64,000 bases of DNA, taken from Nemertoderma westbladi. Lineage: Eukaryota; Animalia; Xenacoelomorpha. The notes below the pieces were generated by a model. That model searched no databases, was not told the DNA's origin, and saw only the letters and a program-made list of their open reading frames with translations. The first letter of the stretch is position 1; each line of letters opens with the position of its first letter. Positions 24,713-37,749 of this stretch are shown here, one piece after another. The stretch spans positions 1 to 64,000 of the forward strand of contig JAUCBJ010006756.1 in the NCBI GenBank assembly GCA_032718475.1, read 5' to 3'. A program made the translations under genes and the position numbers.

Positions 24713-27177
24713 CTGTCCTTGGGTGTTTTGCGCAGGAGCTCAGGACACTCACTTAGAAAGTGTTTCTCTTTACAGATACGACATGTGGGTAGTTGAAACT
24801 TATCATTAAGATTGGAAACAACATTTATGGAATTATCGAGAGTTGTAGATAATGTGGTAACCTTTGGCTTATCTACAGCATTAGAATTTGCTGATGAGCT
24901 ATACCGTTGATTGGAAGACTTGAATGTACTGCTGAATTGAGAATACGATGAGGGTTGTCGATAAAAGATTGGATCATTAACTTCATCAGCGATTCGCTTA
25001 ATGAAGTGAGCCACATTAATAAGACCTGGTTCAAGGTTATGCATTTCACGAAAGCGCATGGCCTCCCTAAGCCACCTGTTATATAGATGATCTGGAAGAT
25101 TATTGACAATTTTACGGAGGTTGTCTGGTGAATTCATAAGACAGTTGTTTTCTAATTGTTCCAAGATAGCTAGCTTATCCAAGATCTTATCAGCATAATC
25201 CCTAAGAGAAGTGCTTTGTTTTTGCCGTGAACCTGAAAGATCAACAGGACTTGTAAGTTCGGCAATTATTGATTCAATAATAGTGCTTGGGTGACCGTAC
25301 CTCTCATGTAGGCATTCCCAAGCTTTACTGTAACCATTAGCTGGTCCTTCATAACGGGCTACTAAGTCATGGGGTTTTCCTTGGGTAAACTGTAAGATAT
25401 AAGATAATTTCTCTGTGTCAGAAAGGGGTCGGACATCAATCTGGTTTCTGAAAGCTGATACAAAAGAAATGTATTTGGATACTTGACCATCGAAAATCGT
25501 TGGTTTAGGAAGTGGTAATGATATCCTTGCATTGAGACTTTCAAAGGCGGAGAGAGTGGCATCCATATTACTAGCGGTGTTGTTGCTATGTAAATTTGGA
25601 GCACCAGTAAAATTGTTTGATGCGATGGAATTATATGGGTTCCTAGTTGAATTATTGTTTGTATTACCAGTATAGGATAAACCAGGCTGAGGTATCACAG
25701 ATTGGTTAATATTGATTTGTGACTGGTTATTTGTGAACATGTAAGGAATTGACTGAGAAACGTTATTAGCAACAGGATAAGAATTGAAGTACTCAGTTGA
25801 CATGATTGGCGAAAGATTTGGGATAAAATTTTGTTGCGCAGAGGTAAGTGTATTTCCCCCCATAAAAGGGTTGGGAGGTACTTCTACACCGCGGGACATG
25901 ATTGAGGAAGTTGTTGTTGTAGGTATTTGGTTTGATGGAGCTGCATCTGTACCTCCGATGGTCATATGAGTTTTGGGTATTGAACTGGTTGATTGTTGTC
26001 CTGGCAAGATTGGGGATGGGGAAGGAATAAAGCTTTGGACATCAGGGTTCAGGGTTACAGACTTTACTGGGCCTGCTGGTTTGATGACCAAAGTTTCACT
26101 GAAATCAGTACCAGGTGAATTCTGAGGTGACTCTTGAAGGATATTTGAAGTTATTTTTGAACTGGAATGTTCAGGAAAAATATTATCGATCTGAGTTGCC
26201 ATCTCAGGATTCAAAAGTTTTAATTCCTGAGCAGCAAGACTTTCATTCAACTCAGCAATTTGTATTAGGCCACTACGTTGTTTATCCTGTAGTTGTTTGG
26301 TTATTTTAGATTGTTCAGCATCCAAATCGCACCGTAATTTTGTTAGTTTGCGTTCACTACTAGCCTTAAGAAATTTTAGAGTAGCATTTGCTGAAACTGA
26401 GCTGGCTGAGTGGCTTGCTGAGGATTTGTGGCTAGATTTACTGGAATTCTTGCTGATAATGGAATTCGACTTTTTTGATCTATGTAATACAGAAGACTGA
26501 CATAAGGACTCTTTAAAGAAAGGCAATTCAGATGATAAAAAACCCTTTGTCATATCAGGGTCTAAAAAGGTAGATGAACTTTGAGGACCCTTAAAACTCA
26601 TTACACTACCCGTACCAGAACCAACTTCATCTGAACATTTTGGTGCCAATACAGATAGTGGTTCAGATTGGTCACATTTGTAATGGTATATATTATTCAT
26701 GCGTTTCAGTTTTTCAGATAAAATCGTAACTTCCCCATTGTATTTACTTTGTAAATTTTCTGCTACTTCAGAATAGCCTAAATCATAAAGTTTGAGTATT
26801 GCTGTATTATATTCTTCCGAAATTGAATGGATCATAGATTTACATTTATTTAAATTAATTTCTAAAGAGTTTAAGTTTGACATTTCTAAACTTGATTCTT
26901 TATTGAAGGAATTATAACATTTCGAAAAATGAGATTTGTAACCAGATACTGACCGCTTTACAGAATTTATGACATCGACTTCCGATGTCGGGGGCCTAGA
27001 TCTAGGCCTACATACAGGGCCATCATTCCTACCTTTGTTACCAACATCCTGTTCCTGATTGGTTTGGATCCCACCTGAATCAGATAATCCATGTCCACTG
27101 GGATTGGTTGGCAATCCCAGGGTATCACTATTGATGACAGTTGCATCAAGATCTTCTTCGCCCGTCGTCCTCGACAT
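24490..27177 (-). CDS. gag: Element B gag (long Ser/Asn-rich N-terminus plus BEL capsid-like region), frameshifted at ~24695
   Basis: PTIFDGQVSKYISF...EKLSYILQF...ERYG; CRICKEKHFLSEC knuckle. Confidence 0.88.
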   Translation of the reverse strand: MSRTTGEEDLDATVINSDTLGLPTNPSGHGLSDSGGIQTNQEQDVGNKGRNDGPVCRPRSRPPTSEVDVINSVKRSVSGYKSHFSKCYNSFNKESSLEMSNLNSLEINLNKCKSMIHSISEEYNTAILKLYDLGYSEVAENLQSKYNGEVTILSEKLKRMNNIYHYKCDQSEPLSVLAPKCSDEVGSGTGSVMSFKGPQSSSTFLDPDMTKGFLSSELPFFKESLCQSSVLHRSKKSNSIISKNSSKSSHKSSASHSASSVSANATLKFLKASSERKLTKLRCDLDAEQSKITKQLQDKQRSGLIQIAELNESLAAQELKLLNPEMATQIDNIFPEHSSSKITSNILQESPQNSPGTDFSETLVIKPAGPVKSVTLNPDVQSFIPSPSPILPGQQSTSSIPKTHMTIGGTDAAPSNQIPTTTTSSIMSRGVEVPPNPFMGGNTLTSAQQNFIPNLSPIMSTEYFNSYPVANNVSQSIPYMFTNNQSQININQSVIPQPGLSYTGNTNNNSTRNPYNSIASNNFTGAPNLHSNNTASNMDATLSAFESLNARISLPLPKPTIFDGQVSKYISFVSAFRNQIDVRPLSDTEKLSYILQFTQGKPHDLVARYEGPANGYSKAWECLHERYGHPSTIIESIIAELTSPVDLSGSRQKQSTSLRDYADKILDKLAILEQLENNCLMNSPDNLRKIVNNLPDHLYNRWLREAMRFREMHNLEPGLINVAHFIKRIADEVNDPIFYRQPSSYSQFSSTFKSSNQRYSSSANSNAVDKPKVTTLSTTLDNSINVVSNLNDKFQLPTCRICKEKHFLSECPELLRKTPKDRWHFIPERRDVTDVYHLNMCFQVVIQNYFVRYAMVANTTQSYTILKLQNLQPLHQWQEPLPVLYHLLILSLLHQ

Positions 27178-28009
27178 GCTGTGTTCCTGCGTTGTCAGTA
27201 CAGCAGTATATACCTGATTGCGAACCCAGTCAGCTGCAGCTCGTAGAACGGAATTGATCTCTGAAGCTGAACGTAGTTATTCGCGGTACCGGTATTATCG
27301 ATGGTATCGCGGTTTGAATTAAAGGCCTAAGGGTCTAATATTTAGGGGAGTATGGGCTGACAGGCTGACATAGGCTTAGCAGAAGATGGAAGCTTAAAGG
27401 CAGTGCAGTAGGCTATATGTCTGATATGTACGGCAATACTGTAGGCAATACTAGGCCTATAGGGCCTAATAATATTGTACCGGTACGTATTTATCAAGTT
27501 CCTGAGTTCTGATTACAACAGTACAAACTAATAGTTGGATAAGCGTATGCTAGAAAACTGACCTGAATTTATGTATAGCTGTCTGGCCTACCAGCAGGTT
27601 TCTAGGCCTACCTACAAAATAATCTTGAAAGTCTGATATTGGACTATACAGATACAGAGATACATTTACAGGAACATAGGCCTATGCAATCTCGATTACA
27701 GTACACAATAGGATGATAGGGCAGTCAGGCAGTAGGACCATATGGGGCCTAGGCTGCTAGATACCATAAGGCTTATATTGTAATAAGCATATCTGCAGAT
27801 CTGCCTATATATGTATATATATATCTGATGTACCGGTCTGCCGGTACTACTGCTACTGTAGTAGGCAGGGCTGCAGGGTGAAGGAATGCCGGAATATTTG
27901 AAATGTCTAACTGTCTGAATATGTGTAGAGTACCGGTAAGGTAGCTTAAAAAATTAAATTTGGTTATAATGGAATGACTGAATCATATTCGATTAAAATT
28001 TGGTTATAA

Positions 28010-28591
28010 TGTTCGCGGCGGAACTACTGAACTGAGTAATCTGATGATGAACTGAAATGTGTACTGTATCTGCATTCTAATTCTATTGAGAACAAACTTG
28101 GAAACAAAAAAACGCCGCTAAACTATGTTCCATTTTGGTTGATCGCTAATTCTGTCTGCATGGACTGATGGAAAAGGTTTAAAGACAGTTGTTGTGACAT
28201 CTTACATTTTATTTGGAAATGTAGTAATTGTAATTACCATAGGCGAATGAATATGACTAAACTAAAGTATCTAAATATTATACTGCCGGACTGGATATTA
28301 TCTAAAGTAAAGATCTACTAAGGCTGCAATGTCTGAATGTAAAAGAAAGGGTGCTGAATTCTGAATGAAGGAGTACTGAAGTAGGAAAGCGGAAAAGGCA
28401 GAAAAAGTAATAACCAAATTTGTGGGAAAAATGTTGTGATTGAAATAGAATACAGAATGAATCGGAAAGTCTGATGGTTGAGCTTTATATACGGTCTGAA
28501 TCTGAATGCTGATTGGTTACTCTATTCTGAGACATACTGTACAGTATGTCGAATAAATATATTTGTTGAAAATGGCATTTCGCCGATGACA
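28010..28591 (-). repeat. 5' LTR of element B (582 bp)
   Basis: Direct repeat of 11856-12428 with one short replaced segment near 28095-28112. Confidence 0.95.
28455..28518 (-). promoter_or_regulatory. Putative core promoter in the B LTR (CCAAT, TATATAAA, Inr-like TCATTC)
   Basis: Sense CCAAT ~28512-28516, TATATAAA 28491-28484, TCATTC 28460-28455; spacing fits Pol II, function inferred. Confidence 0.55.
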
Positions 28592-31500
28592 GGAAGAGTA
28601 TCTTGCCTTCCATAGTTTCCGGAGAGTTCTCTGTCTCTTTCCAGTAAACATAAACGACCAACTGGGCGATTGAGCTGCTGTGTCTCGAAGACAATTCCCG
28701 GTTTCTTAAAGTTACGTTGCATGACGACGAGTTCTACCGATCGCACCAAACCATCATCCGAGATATGAGTCTCGATGATACGACCTGTCTGCCACTGCTT
28801 ACGTGGAAGATCTGAATCCACAATAAGGACCATGTCTCCAGCGCTGACGTTTTCTTGCTGCGCAAACCACTTAGTTCGAAGTTATAGCGTAGGCAGATAA
28901 TGTTTTTCGAAATGGTCAGCGAAACGACGGGATAACAACTGCATAAGTTGCCAAGTTTGCCGGCAGTATTCGTCTCCGTCCGTGATTTCCGATCGTGGGA
29001 GCATGGCTACAGGTTTCTTCAGTAGGAAGTGCGCGGGTGTCAGCGCTTCCAGGGAATCGGGACTCGATGAGACTGGCATAAGCGGTCTCTCGTTGAGATA
29101 GGCGGCGATTTCCTCCATTAACGCCTGCAAAAGTTCGTCGGTGAGATACGCGCGGCACGGCACTATAAAGTGAAATGCGGTCTTCACGCTCCTGATTAAT
29201 CTCTCACAACTTCCTCCCCACCAAGGGGCGTCGGCGGCGTTGAAGGTCCAGCTAGACGCTGTTACCCTTAGCTGATCGTCCACCTGTCTTTGGTTCCAAT
29301 CCTTGACGTAAGCCTTGATTTCATTGTTGGCACCAATGAAGTTAGTTCCCTTATCAGATCTCATCGTGTTACTAGTTCCAAAGCGAGCGATCTGTCGGCG
29401 TAAGCTCAATATGAAGCTATTGGTAGGTAAATCGTTCACCATATCAAGATGGATAGCTCTACAAGTCATACAGACAAAGATGACACACCATCTCTTGACT
29501 ATAGTCCTAGCACGATATACTTCAATAGGGCCAAATAGATCCACACCGGTATTAGTAAAGGGTGGTTCATAGAAGCTTACTCGTTCCCTAGGTAATTCTG
29601 CCTCTCGCTGTGTTAAAGGCCTACTGAATGCTTTCCTACAGGGTATGCAGTTCCTAAGAACTTGGTTCAGAGCTCTACGGGGTTTATAAAAATAATAGCG
29701 AGTTTGAATTTCGCTAAGAACTCGTTCTCTACCAGCATGATAAAGCTTACTGTGAACATCTACAATCATCTTGATTTGTATTTCAAGATTTCTAATGAGT
29801 ATGGGAAACTGAGTGTCAAAGGATAATGGAGCATTAGTTAGTCTTCCTCCAACACGTATTAACCCATCTATCATTGTGCTAGAGAAACGATCCCTTAAGC
29901 GCATCTGTGGATTTCTCAACAACAGGAAATACTTATCGGAATCCTCATAGCATTGCAGGAGTCTCAGTATCTGCTTATTGGTTTCTTCATGCTCCTGGTA
30001 ACTGATCTTCTCCTTCAGAAACCTGTCGGATATCTTGTATTTGGGAAGATCTTTAACAACATGGACCTGCGCAGATGTCAGTGGAGCAGTATCACTAGTG
30101 GTCTTCGTCCTGGAGTAGTGATGATGAAAACATCGCTTTAAATATGTAACGGCCTTACAGAGCCGATTCCAGGAACTATAATGATGTATCGCTCTCTGCA
30201 GGAGAGGTGAGAGTCCTTGCGAGACGTCTGGTATTCCAGATTTCCAATCCCTCTCTCCTAACCAGTCTGGAGTATCTATCAGTTCTTGTGGAGTTGCTCC
30301 CCTGGAGGCGATGTCGGCCAGATTAATCGTTCCGGGGCAATGTCTCCATTGATCTATCTTCGTGCGACTAAATATAATGGCTACTCTGTTGGTAATGAAG
30401 ACGCTGAACTGACAGACTTCATTGGGTAAACTTCATCGAGTAAAGCATCGGTCCAATAGACAGTTTTCTCCAGTGGATAGTCGATCTGTTCTGTTACATT
30501 CCATCCGATGGCTGTAGCGTATAGAGCCGCCTTTAACTCCGCTCGAGGAACTTTCAACTTGTTGTTTATCAAGGCCTTAGAGGTAACCAAGGTGACCTTG
30601 ATTCCATCCGGAGTTTCAACTCTCAGGTAGGCTACTATACCTATTCCCATATCGCTGGCGTCTCCAAACACATGGAGTTGATAAGAATACGTAGGGAGAA
30701 CATGACCAAAATATGAATGGGAAATTATAAAGTTCTCGATGGCTGGTAGATAATCTTCCCATTTCATCCACTTCTTTAATAGTTCTCCCTTAAGTGGATC
30801 GTCCCATGAGTGGTTTTCAAGCCACATTTGTTGTACTAAACTCCGAGCAATCAATATAACTGGGCTAATAAATCCCAATGGATCGAAATAAGTGCTCAGG
30901 ATACTTAGACAAATCCGTTTAGTCCGAACTGGATTATCTCGCTGTTTTAGCTGGAAAAACAGGATATCTCTCTCTGTGTCCCATTTCAAACCAAGTGTCT
31001 TGGTTTCTGGAAGATCGTCTTTGATTAGGTCTAGATCTTTAACTCCTCGATCTTCTACCGGGATCGATTCCAGAAACTCACGGGAGTTGCTGGTGAATTT
31101 AGTTAATCGAAATCCACCTCTTTTTAAGCACTCTACCATTCCTTTGGCGACATCAATGGCTTCTTCCACTGATGGGAGGGACTTTAAATTGTCGTCCATG
31201 TATATATCCCGTTTGATGTTGTCGATCACCTCTTTAGAGAAGGCGTCCCGGTTGTCATCAGCAGTGGTGCGCACTACTGAGCAGGCGTTTGAAGGGCTCG
31301 AGATGATCCCAAAAGCCTGGATGGTCATCCAGTACTCCACCGGTTTCTGGTTGAGGTCTCCCTCAGGCCACCACAGAAATCGTAGGCTGTCTCGATCCCT
31401 ATCCAGCGCCTTAACTTGTAAGAACATGCCTATATCTGAGGCAAAAGCGATTGAATATTGTCGTAATCTTAAGAGTATTCCCAACAAGGATTGGAGTAAG

Positions 31501-33590
31501 TTGGGTCCTGGCAACAACTCGGAATTGAGGGATTGGCCCATGTAGAGGGCGGAGCCGTCAAATACTACCCGGACTTCGTTGGGTTTACTGGGTTTGGGAA
31601 CGTAATGATGTGTAAGATAGTACGTTCTCGCAGTTATGGGTGTTTCTTCTGGTACTCGCTCCGCATATCCCTTGTCAATAAATTTCTTCAACTGAATTTT
31701 GTACATTTCCTTAGCTGAAGCATTTGCCGTAAGGCGTCGATGTAGTTGCGCAAATATTTTCTCCGCCAAAGGTCGGTTGTTTATAAATATAGGTTCTCGC
31801 TTTCGAAATGGCAGACCAATTTCATATCTAACTTGATCTTTAAGAAAAAGTGTAGTTGTTTCCTGTATCTGCTTGGCTCTTTCTTCTTCTACTGATAGGG
31901 CCTTATCGTAGGAATTGGGCTCTACAGCCTCTTGAGTAAAGAATCGTACGGCATGTTCATCCCGAGTCTTCACGTTGTAGCGAACTATCACGTCATTCAG
32001 TTCGCCGTTATAGTCGACTGGTCCTGATGGACGAATGAGGAGTTGACATAGGTTCACTTGGTTTTGCCAAGTTTCGTTTTCCGTAAGGAGGTCGATGGTA
32101 TTCTCCTTGTCGAAGAGTTGGTGGATATCGTCATTATCTGAGGAGTATGGTGTTCCCTCAGTTGTGTCGTCTACCTCACTGCTCTCCGCTTCCCATTCAC
32201 TTACCTGGTAGACCCGTTCTTTGGGTAACCTTTCCATGAGAGTTCTATGGGAAGGGCCAGTAAAGTACCAACCTACTCTAGTTCTTCCCGCATAGGTTTG
32301 TAGTGGTTGCGGTTGAGCAGGCCGTTTCTCCAATGTCTCAAGCACCTCATGCGCATTTTGGACGATGAGTATTTGCACTCCAGGGTAGTCTGTGTTGAAT
32401 CTAGGTATCTTATGCTGCTGGGTGAAATCGTCCTCATCCCAGTTATAAGGTTCCACTTGGCTGGTAGCGAAGTTCTTTATCGCCACCATTTTTACTGACC
32501 TTATACTGTGTTCTCCTAGTTCATCCTGGGGGGTGGACAACGCACCTACATAGTAATCTGCAATTACTGTAGATTTCCAAACCTGCATAATTCCTGACAT
32601 GTTTAACTTAGTTCGGAACTTGGGTTGTCCAGCAAAGATGTCTTCGGCTAGTTCTTTGTTGATGAATGTTCCTGTGCTGCCGGAGTCAAGGAGGGCGTTC
32701 ACTATATAACTCTTTTTAGGCCCGTGGACTCTCAACTGCACTACGGGAAATTCTCGGATTCCTACATTGGAAGTTGGTGCTTTCCAAGATGGTTGTCGGT
32801 CAGGAGCAGTTGGGGGAAGCTCACTATCGGTTTCTTTCTCATACGTAAGTGCTCGATACACTGCGGTATTTATTAGGTAACAGGATTCGTTTTCGTCGGA
32901 GAATTCATCCGTATAGAATCCTTCCATCTCAGAACTTTGGTCCGTGTTGTTCACATCACTGAATTGGACATGTAGTTCGGGCTCACTTACCTGACTCGGG
33001 CTGTTTCTTTCGAATTCAGTGTGCAACAAGATATGATGTTTCGTGCCGCACTTTGCACACCTTGCGTCAGAGTAACAGGTTCGCCGTTGGTGTCCTTGTC
33101 TGAGGCAATTATAACACAACCGCTTATCCCACATGACTTCACGTCTATCTTGTAGTGATTTCTTTAAAAATTTATCACACACACTTAAATGGTGGGGCCC
33201 GTCGCACAGCGCACAATTTGGTTTGATGTTACTCACCTTACCTTGGGTAACGTTGTGCACTCTCGTTCTTTCCTCGGGCTTTCTTCCGTGAACTCTATTA
33301 GGAGACGTAGGAGGAGTTTTTGTTACCTGTTCTCTCCTGTCATTGGTTCGAGACTTAAATTTACTTACGTCTTTAGGCGCTTTGTTGACATAGTAAGATC
33401 TTTCTGTGTCTTTCCCGCTGTCCTCTTCTTGAGAAGCCTGGCTTTCGCCATCGTCTGTATAACACACTGGTGTTACCTTTCTCCTAGAAACGGGTTTCTC
33501 ACTTACCTTATTTTCCGGTGTCTTCTCTCTGGACTGCTTTAGGAGCTGTAATTTTACTTCTCCATCTAAGAATGACATGAGATCGGCCAT
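28592..33590 (-). pseudogene. pol: Element A pol (knuckles, protease, RT, RNase H, integrase) with several stops and frameshifts
   Basis: CALC/CYNC/CAKC knuckles, LLDSGS, YMDD, VFGDAS, GVDLFGP, SDKGTNF, GGSCERLI; the last ~16 codons resume beyond B at 11850-~11802. Confidence 0.93.
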
Positions 33591-33602
33591 GGTAGGGTCT
33601 TG

Positions 33603-36600
33603 TCATTGTTGTTCCATCATATATAACACTTTCTTATCCCAGCGTGTACCTACTCCACCCTTTGGTAAAGTAGATGCTACGGCTCCAATAACCATAGAAC
33701 TCTGATATTCATGAGACTTACCTAGCCAATCTAATTGTCTACAGATCTCCTGAATCTCATCGGAAAACTCTATAATCCCGCTGCTAATGAACTTTCGGGG
33801 CGCTACCAATTTTGCATACAAATACCTAGCTATGTTATTCCTATTACCATACCTGATGTTTAGTGTATCCCAAACTTGTCTTAATCCATCTGGATGTCCA
33901 ATAAACTTTAACGCCATTAACTTGGGAGATCCTTCCAAGCACTCAATGAGGAATCTAAGTTTCTCTCCGTTAGATAGCACAGAGTTCTGTATGTTATCTT
34001 TATAATATTCATTAAAAGGTAACCATTTCATCTCATCTCCATTGAACTTGACGATCTCTCCCACTTTACCGCTTGACGGGCTTCGGTTCTAGCCATTTGA
34101 CGCGTAAAACTTTCTTGGGCCATCGTGTTATTTAATATCGAGTTATCGGTATATAAATTTCTCGGATTATGATCAGGTCTATAAGGAATATCATTGTCAA
34201 CAGGTTTATAATTACCCCTAATAGGGTTCACTATAGGAGTTTTTACTTCACTAGCAGTATAGATGCGTGTAGGCTCCACACCTTGCGCATGAAATACTTC
34301 AGACCTAACAGGTTGACACATTGTTACCGGGGTTGGTGGTATACCCCTTTGGGTATTTACTAATTTATCGCGTTCTAACGCGATACTCTGCTGCACTTCT
34401 TGCAACTCTAACTTACTTTCCCTTACTGTGCCCTTGAACTGCTGAACAGTCTCCTGCATCTGCCCGAGCAGGAGATCCATCCCCCGCCGTCTCTCATCCA
34501 CCCACTCGACCGCCGAAGCGGGAGCCGCCAACATAGTAGCGGGTGGACGAGGGACAACGGGCGACAAATCATTAATATTTCGCTCGGAGTCCAGGACAGG
34601 AACTGTCTCAGGGGCCGTTCTGCTGGGCACAGGTAGTTTAGTACTGTGCAAAGGGAATTTAGAGGTAGGTTCTGGGAGTACAGGTGTCTCTATCACCGAA
34701 GGGGTGGCTTCGAGAACAGGCCTAATTATTTCAGGCTCATCTATTATAGTAGGGAGTCTTGCTACCCTAATAATTTTGTCTGTGGGTTCTGTACTACCTA
34801 AGTCTGTGCTAGCTAGTTGCCTTCTAACAGCTGGGGGCAAATCAGGCAATTTCTGACGGTGGGGCATTCTTCTATGCCTGCTTAGACGAGATCTATTTCT
34901 TCCGCCTTCAGGATCGGTGGTATCGCCTTCATCAGATGATGTAAATCCCTGCCTTTTGGGAGTAGATAGACTTATCATCTGCATTTGACTAGCTGTTAAC
35001 TGTTTATTTATGCAGTCTTGCTTCTCTTGAAGATTTTCCAACTCTAGTTGGGTGGTCTCTTCAGACGCTCTCCGTTCTGCTTCCGCCACTGCTAATTTTC
35101 TTTCCGCTTCTGCCGCTGCCACTGCCGCTTTTCTTTCCACTTCAGCCGCTGCCTCTGCTGCTTTTCTTTCCGCTTCTGCCGCTGCCTCTGCCGCTTTTCT
35201 TTCCACTTCTGCCTCTGCTGCTGCCGCTGCTGCTATCTTTCTGTCTTCTATACGTTTTTTCTTTACTTGTTCTTCTTGGACTCTAGCGATGCGGAGGCGT
35301 TCATCAAATTTAGCTTGGTTCGCAGCTAACATTTCCGCATCTATTGCATCCAACACAAGCTTGGCTCCTTCACTATTAGGGCGAAGTCCAGCCAGCCGTC
35401 TCCTCAACTCTTCATCACCTAGAAATCGTTGATAGTCTGACAGATAGATGTCAATAGCGTCCCTCTGCTGCGGTTTCTCTGCTGTCGCTTCGCTTTCCAC
35501 TTGAGAAAAGGTAGCGTCTGTTGATTCTCCATGGGTTGAGCGCTCAGCCAGCTGAGATTTCCACTGGGCCATTCCTTGAACCTTAAGACCCACCCGCTGG
35601 AACCAAGTCTTTATGGCAACTTGCAACGACGTGTATTGTCTTCTTTTCGAAGCTTCCTCAAAGGCAGATAAGATTAGTCTGATTCTTAGAATTCTTTCTC
35701 TAACTTGATAAAGCAGCTCTCCCTGCTCTTGAGGTCCTTGGCGTTGTTGAAACAGTTGTTCCTCATCATTAAATCATTAATATTTCGCTCGGAGTCCAGG
35801 ACAGGAACTGTCTCAGGGGCCGTTCTGCTGGGCACAGGTAGTTTAGTACTGTGCAAAGGGAATTTAGAGGTAGGTTCTGGGAGTACAGGTGTCTCTATCA
35901 CCGAAGGGGTGGCTTCGAGAACAGGCCTAATTATTTCAGGCTCATCTATTATAGTAGGGAGTCTTGCTACCCTAATAATTTTGTCTGTGGGTTCTGTACT
36001 ACCTAAGTCTGTGCTAGCTAGTTGCCTTCTAACAGCTGGGGGCAAATCAGGCAATTTCTGACGGTGGGGCATTCTTCTATGCCTGCTTAGACGAGATCTA
36101 TTTCTTCCGCCTTCAGGATTGGTGGTATCGCCTTCATCAGATGATGTAAATCCCTGCCTTTTGGGAGTAGATAGACTTATCATCTGCATTTGACTAGCTG
36201 TTAACTGTTTATTTATGCAGTCTTGCTTCTCTTGAAGATTTTCCAACTCTAGTTGGGTGGTCTCTTCAGACGCTCTCCGTTCTGCTTCCGCCACTGCTAA
36301 TTTTCTTTCCGCTTCTGCCGCTGCCACTGCCACTTTTCTTTCCACTTCAGCCGCTGCCTCTGCTGCTTTTCTTTCCGCTTCTGCCGCTGCCTCTGCCGCT
36401 TTTCTTTCCACTTCTGCCTCTGCTGCTGCCGCTGCTGCTATCTTTCTGTCTTCTATACGTTTTTTCTTTACTTGTTCTTCTTGGACTCTAGCGATGCGGA
36501 GGCGTTCATCAAATTTAGCTTGGTTCGCAGCTAACATTTCCGCATCTATTGCGTCCAACACAAGCTTGGCTCCTTCACTATTAGGGCGAAGTCCAGCCAG

Positions 36601-37620
36601 CCGTCTCCTCAACTCTTCATCACCTAGAAATCGTTGATAGTCTGACAGATAGATGTCAATAGCGTCCCTCTGCTGCGGTTTCTCTGCTGTCGCTTCGCTT
36701 TCCACTTGAGAAAAGATAGCGTCTGTTGATTCTCCATGGGTTGAGCGCTCAGCCAGCTGAGATTTCCACTGGGCCGTTCCTTGAACCTTGAGACCCACCC
36801 GCTGGAACCAAGTCTTTATGGCAACTTGCAACGATGTGTCTTGTCTTCTTTTCGAAGCTTCCTCAAAGGCAGATAAGATTAGTCTGATTCTTAGAATTCT
36901 TTCTCTAACTTGATAAAGCAGCTCTCCCTGCTCTTGAGGTCCTTGGGGTTGTTGAAACAGTTGTTCCTCTAATCGCTCCAAAGAGCTGAAGAATCCCTGT
37001 ACATATCCTGCTGCCAACCTCTTCCACACAGCTGGATCACTAGTGTCCTTTGTCACTCCCATCCTGTGTATGTCTTCCCAGGCAGCTTCCGATAAGTCAA
37101 ACGGGAGTCCGGGTCCGGGGAAGTTCCATTGCGACTCGACAATAGACTTCAGTTCCTCCCTTGTGTATCCCGCAAAACTATCCTTGGTCGATCGCTTACT
37201 TCTCGCCCAATCAATTTGGTGTTCCTCCACCGCAATCAATACCCTAGTGAGTACGGCTGCAGGAAGGATGAGAAGGGGATCCGAATAAACCGCATCTGCC
37301 ATCTTTGCTCCACGCTCGGGTGTCAGCTCTACAGTATCCGAACTACTGGAGCTGTCGTGCCGCTGAGAAATAAGTTCTCGGCTCGAGTGTTGCTGCTGTT
37401 TAACAGCTGCTTCTTGGTCCCGCTTGACTTGAGCCCGAGTGCCTATGATAGACCTATGGTGTTTGACTAGCCTAGGGTCTGATACTATTACTGGAGGGAT
37501 GACTTTTCTTACAGTAGGAGGTGAGTTGAACTTCGGTCTCAAATGTTCAGCACTCCTATCTGGGTCACAGATGGTTGTGTCTAGGAGACTGTCTGACAGG
37601 TTTTGCTTTGTGTCAGACAT
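33603..37620 (-). pseudogene. gag: Element A gag with Ala/Glu-rich coiled-coil repeat, disrupted by an internal duplication
   Basis: IVKFNGDEMKWLPF...EKLRFLIECL...IRYG; AEAERKAAEAA repeats; ORFs 37620-35686, 35626-34028, 34064-33603. Confidence 0.85.
34566..36969. repeat. 1199-bp tandem duplication in A gag with 6-bp filler
   Basis: 34566-35764 matches 35771-36969; filler ATCATT at 35765-35770. Confidence 0.93.
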
Positions 37621-37749
37621 GTTTGTTTGTACAGTTGAATGCCTACTGCTATATTACAGTTAAAGCAAGTCTAGTAATTCAGTATCAACTGTTAGCCTAG
37701 TAATTAATTACCGATATCGTTACTCAGTGTAACGTGATATATTTACAAT

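Larger units (their letters stand above)
11856..28591 (-). mobile_element. BEL/Pao LTR retrotransposon B (~10.1 kb without C), inserted in the integrase C-terminal tail of A
   Basis: LTRs 11856-12428 and 28010-28591, TSD GGAAG (11851-11855, 28592-28596), PPT sense TAGGGGGGAC at ~12429-12438. Confidence 0.95.

Noticed and set aside
28522-28591. C-terminal extension of the 103-aa ORF
   Set aside because: Read-through from A integrase into B's LTR; the true tail resumes at 11850
30892-31545. Plus-strand ORFs opposite pol/gag (also 20640-21170, 35052-35432, 36257-36637)
   Set aside because: Antisense shadows of coding or low-complexity sequence with no recognisable domain
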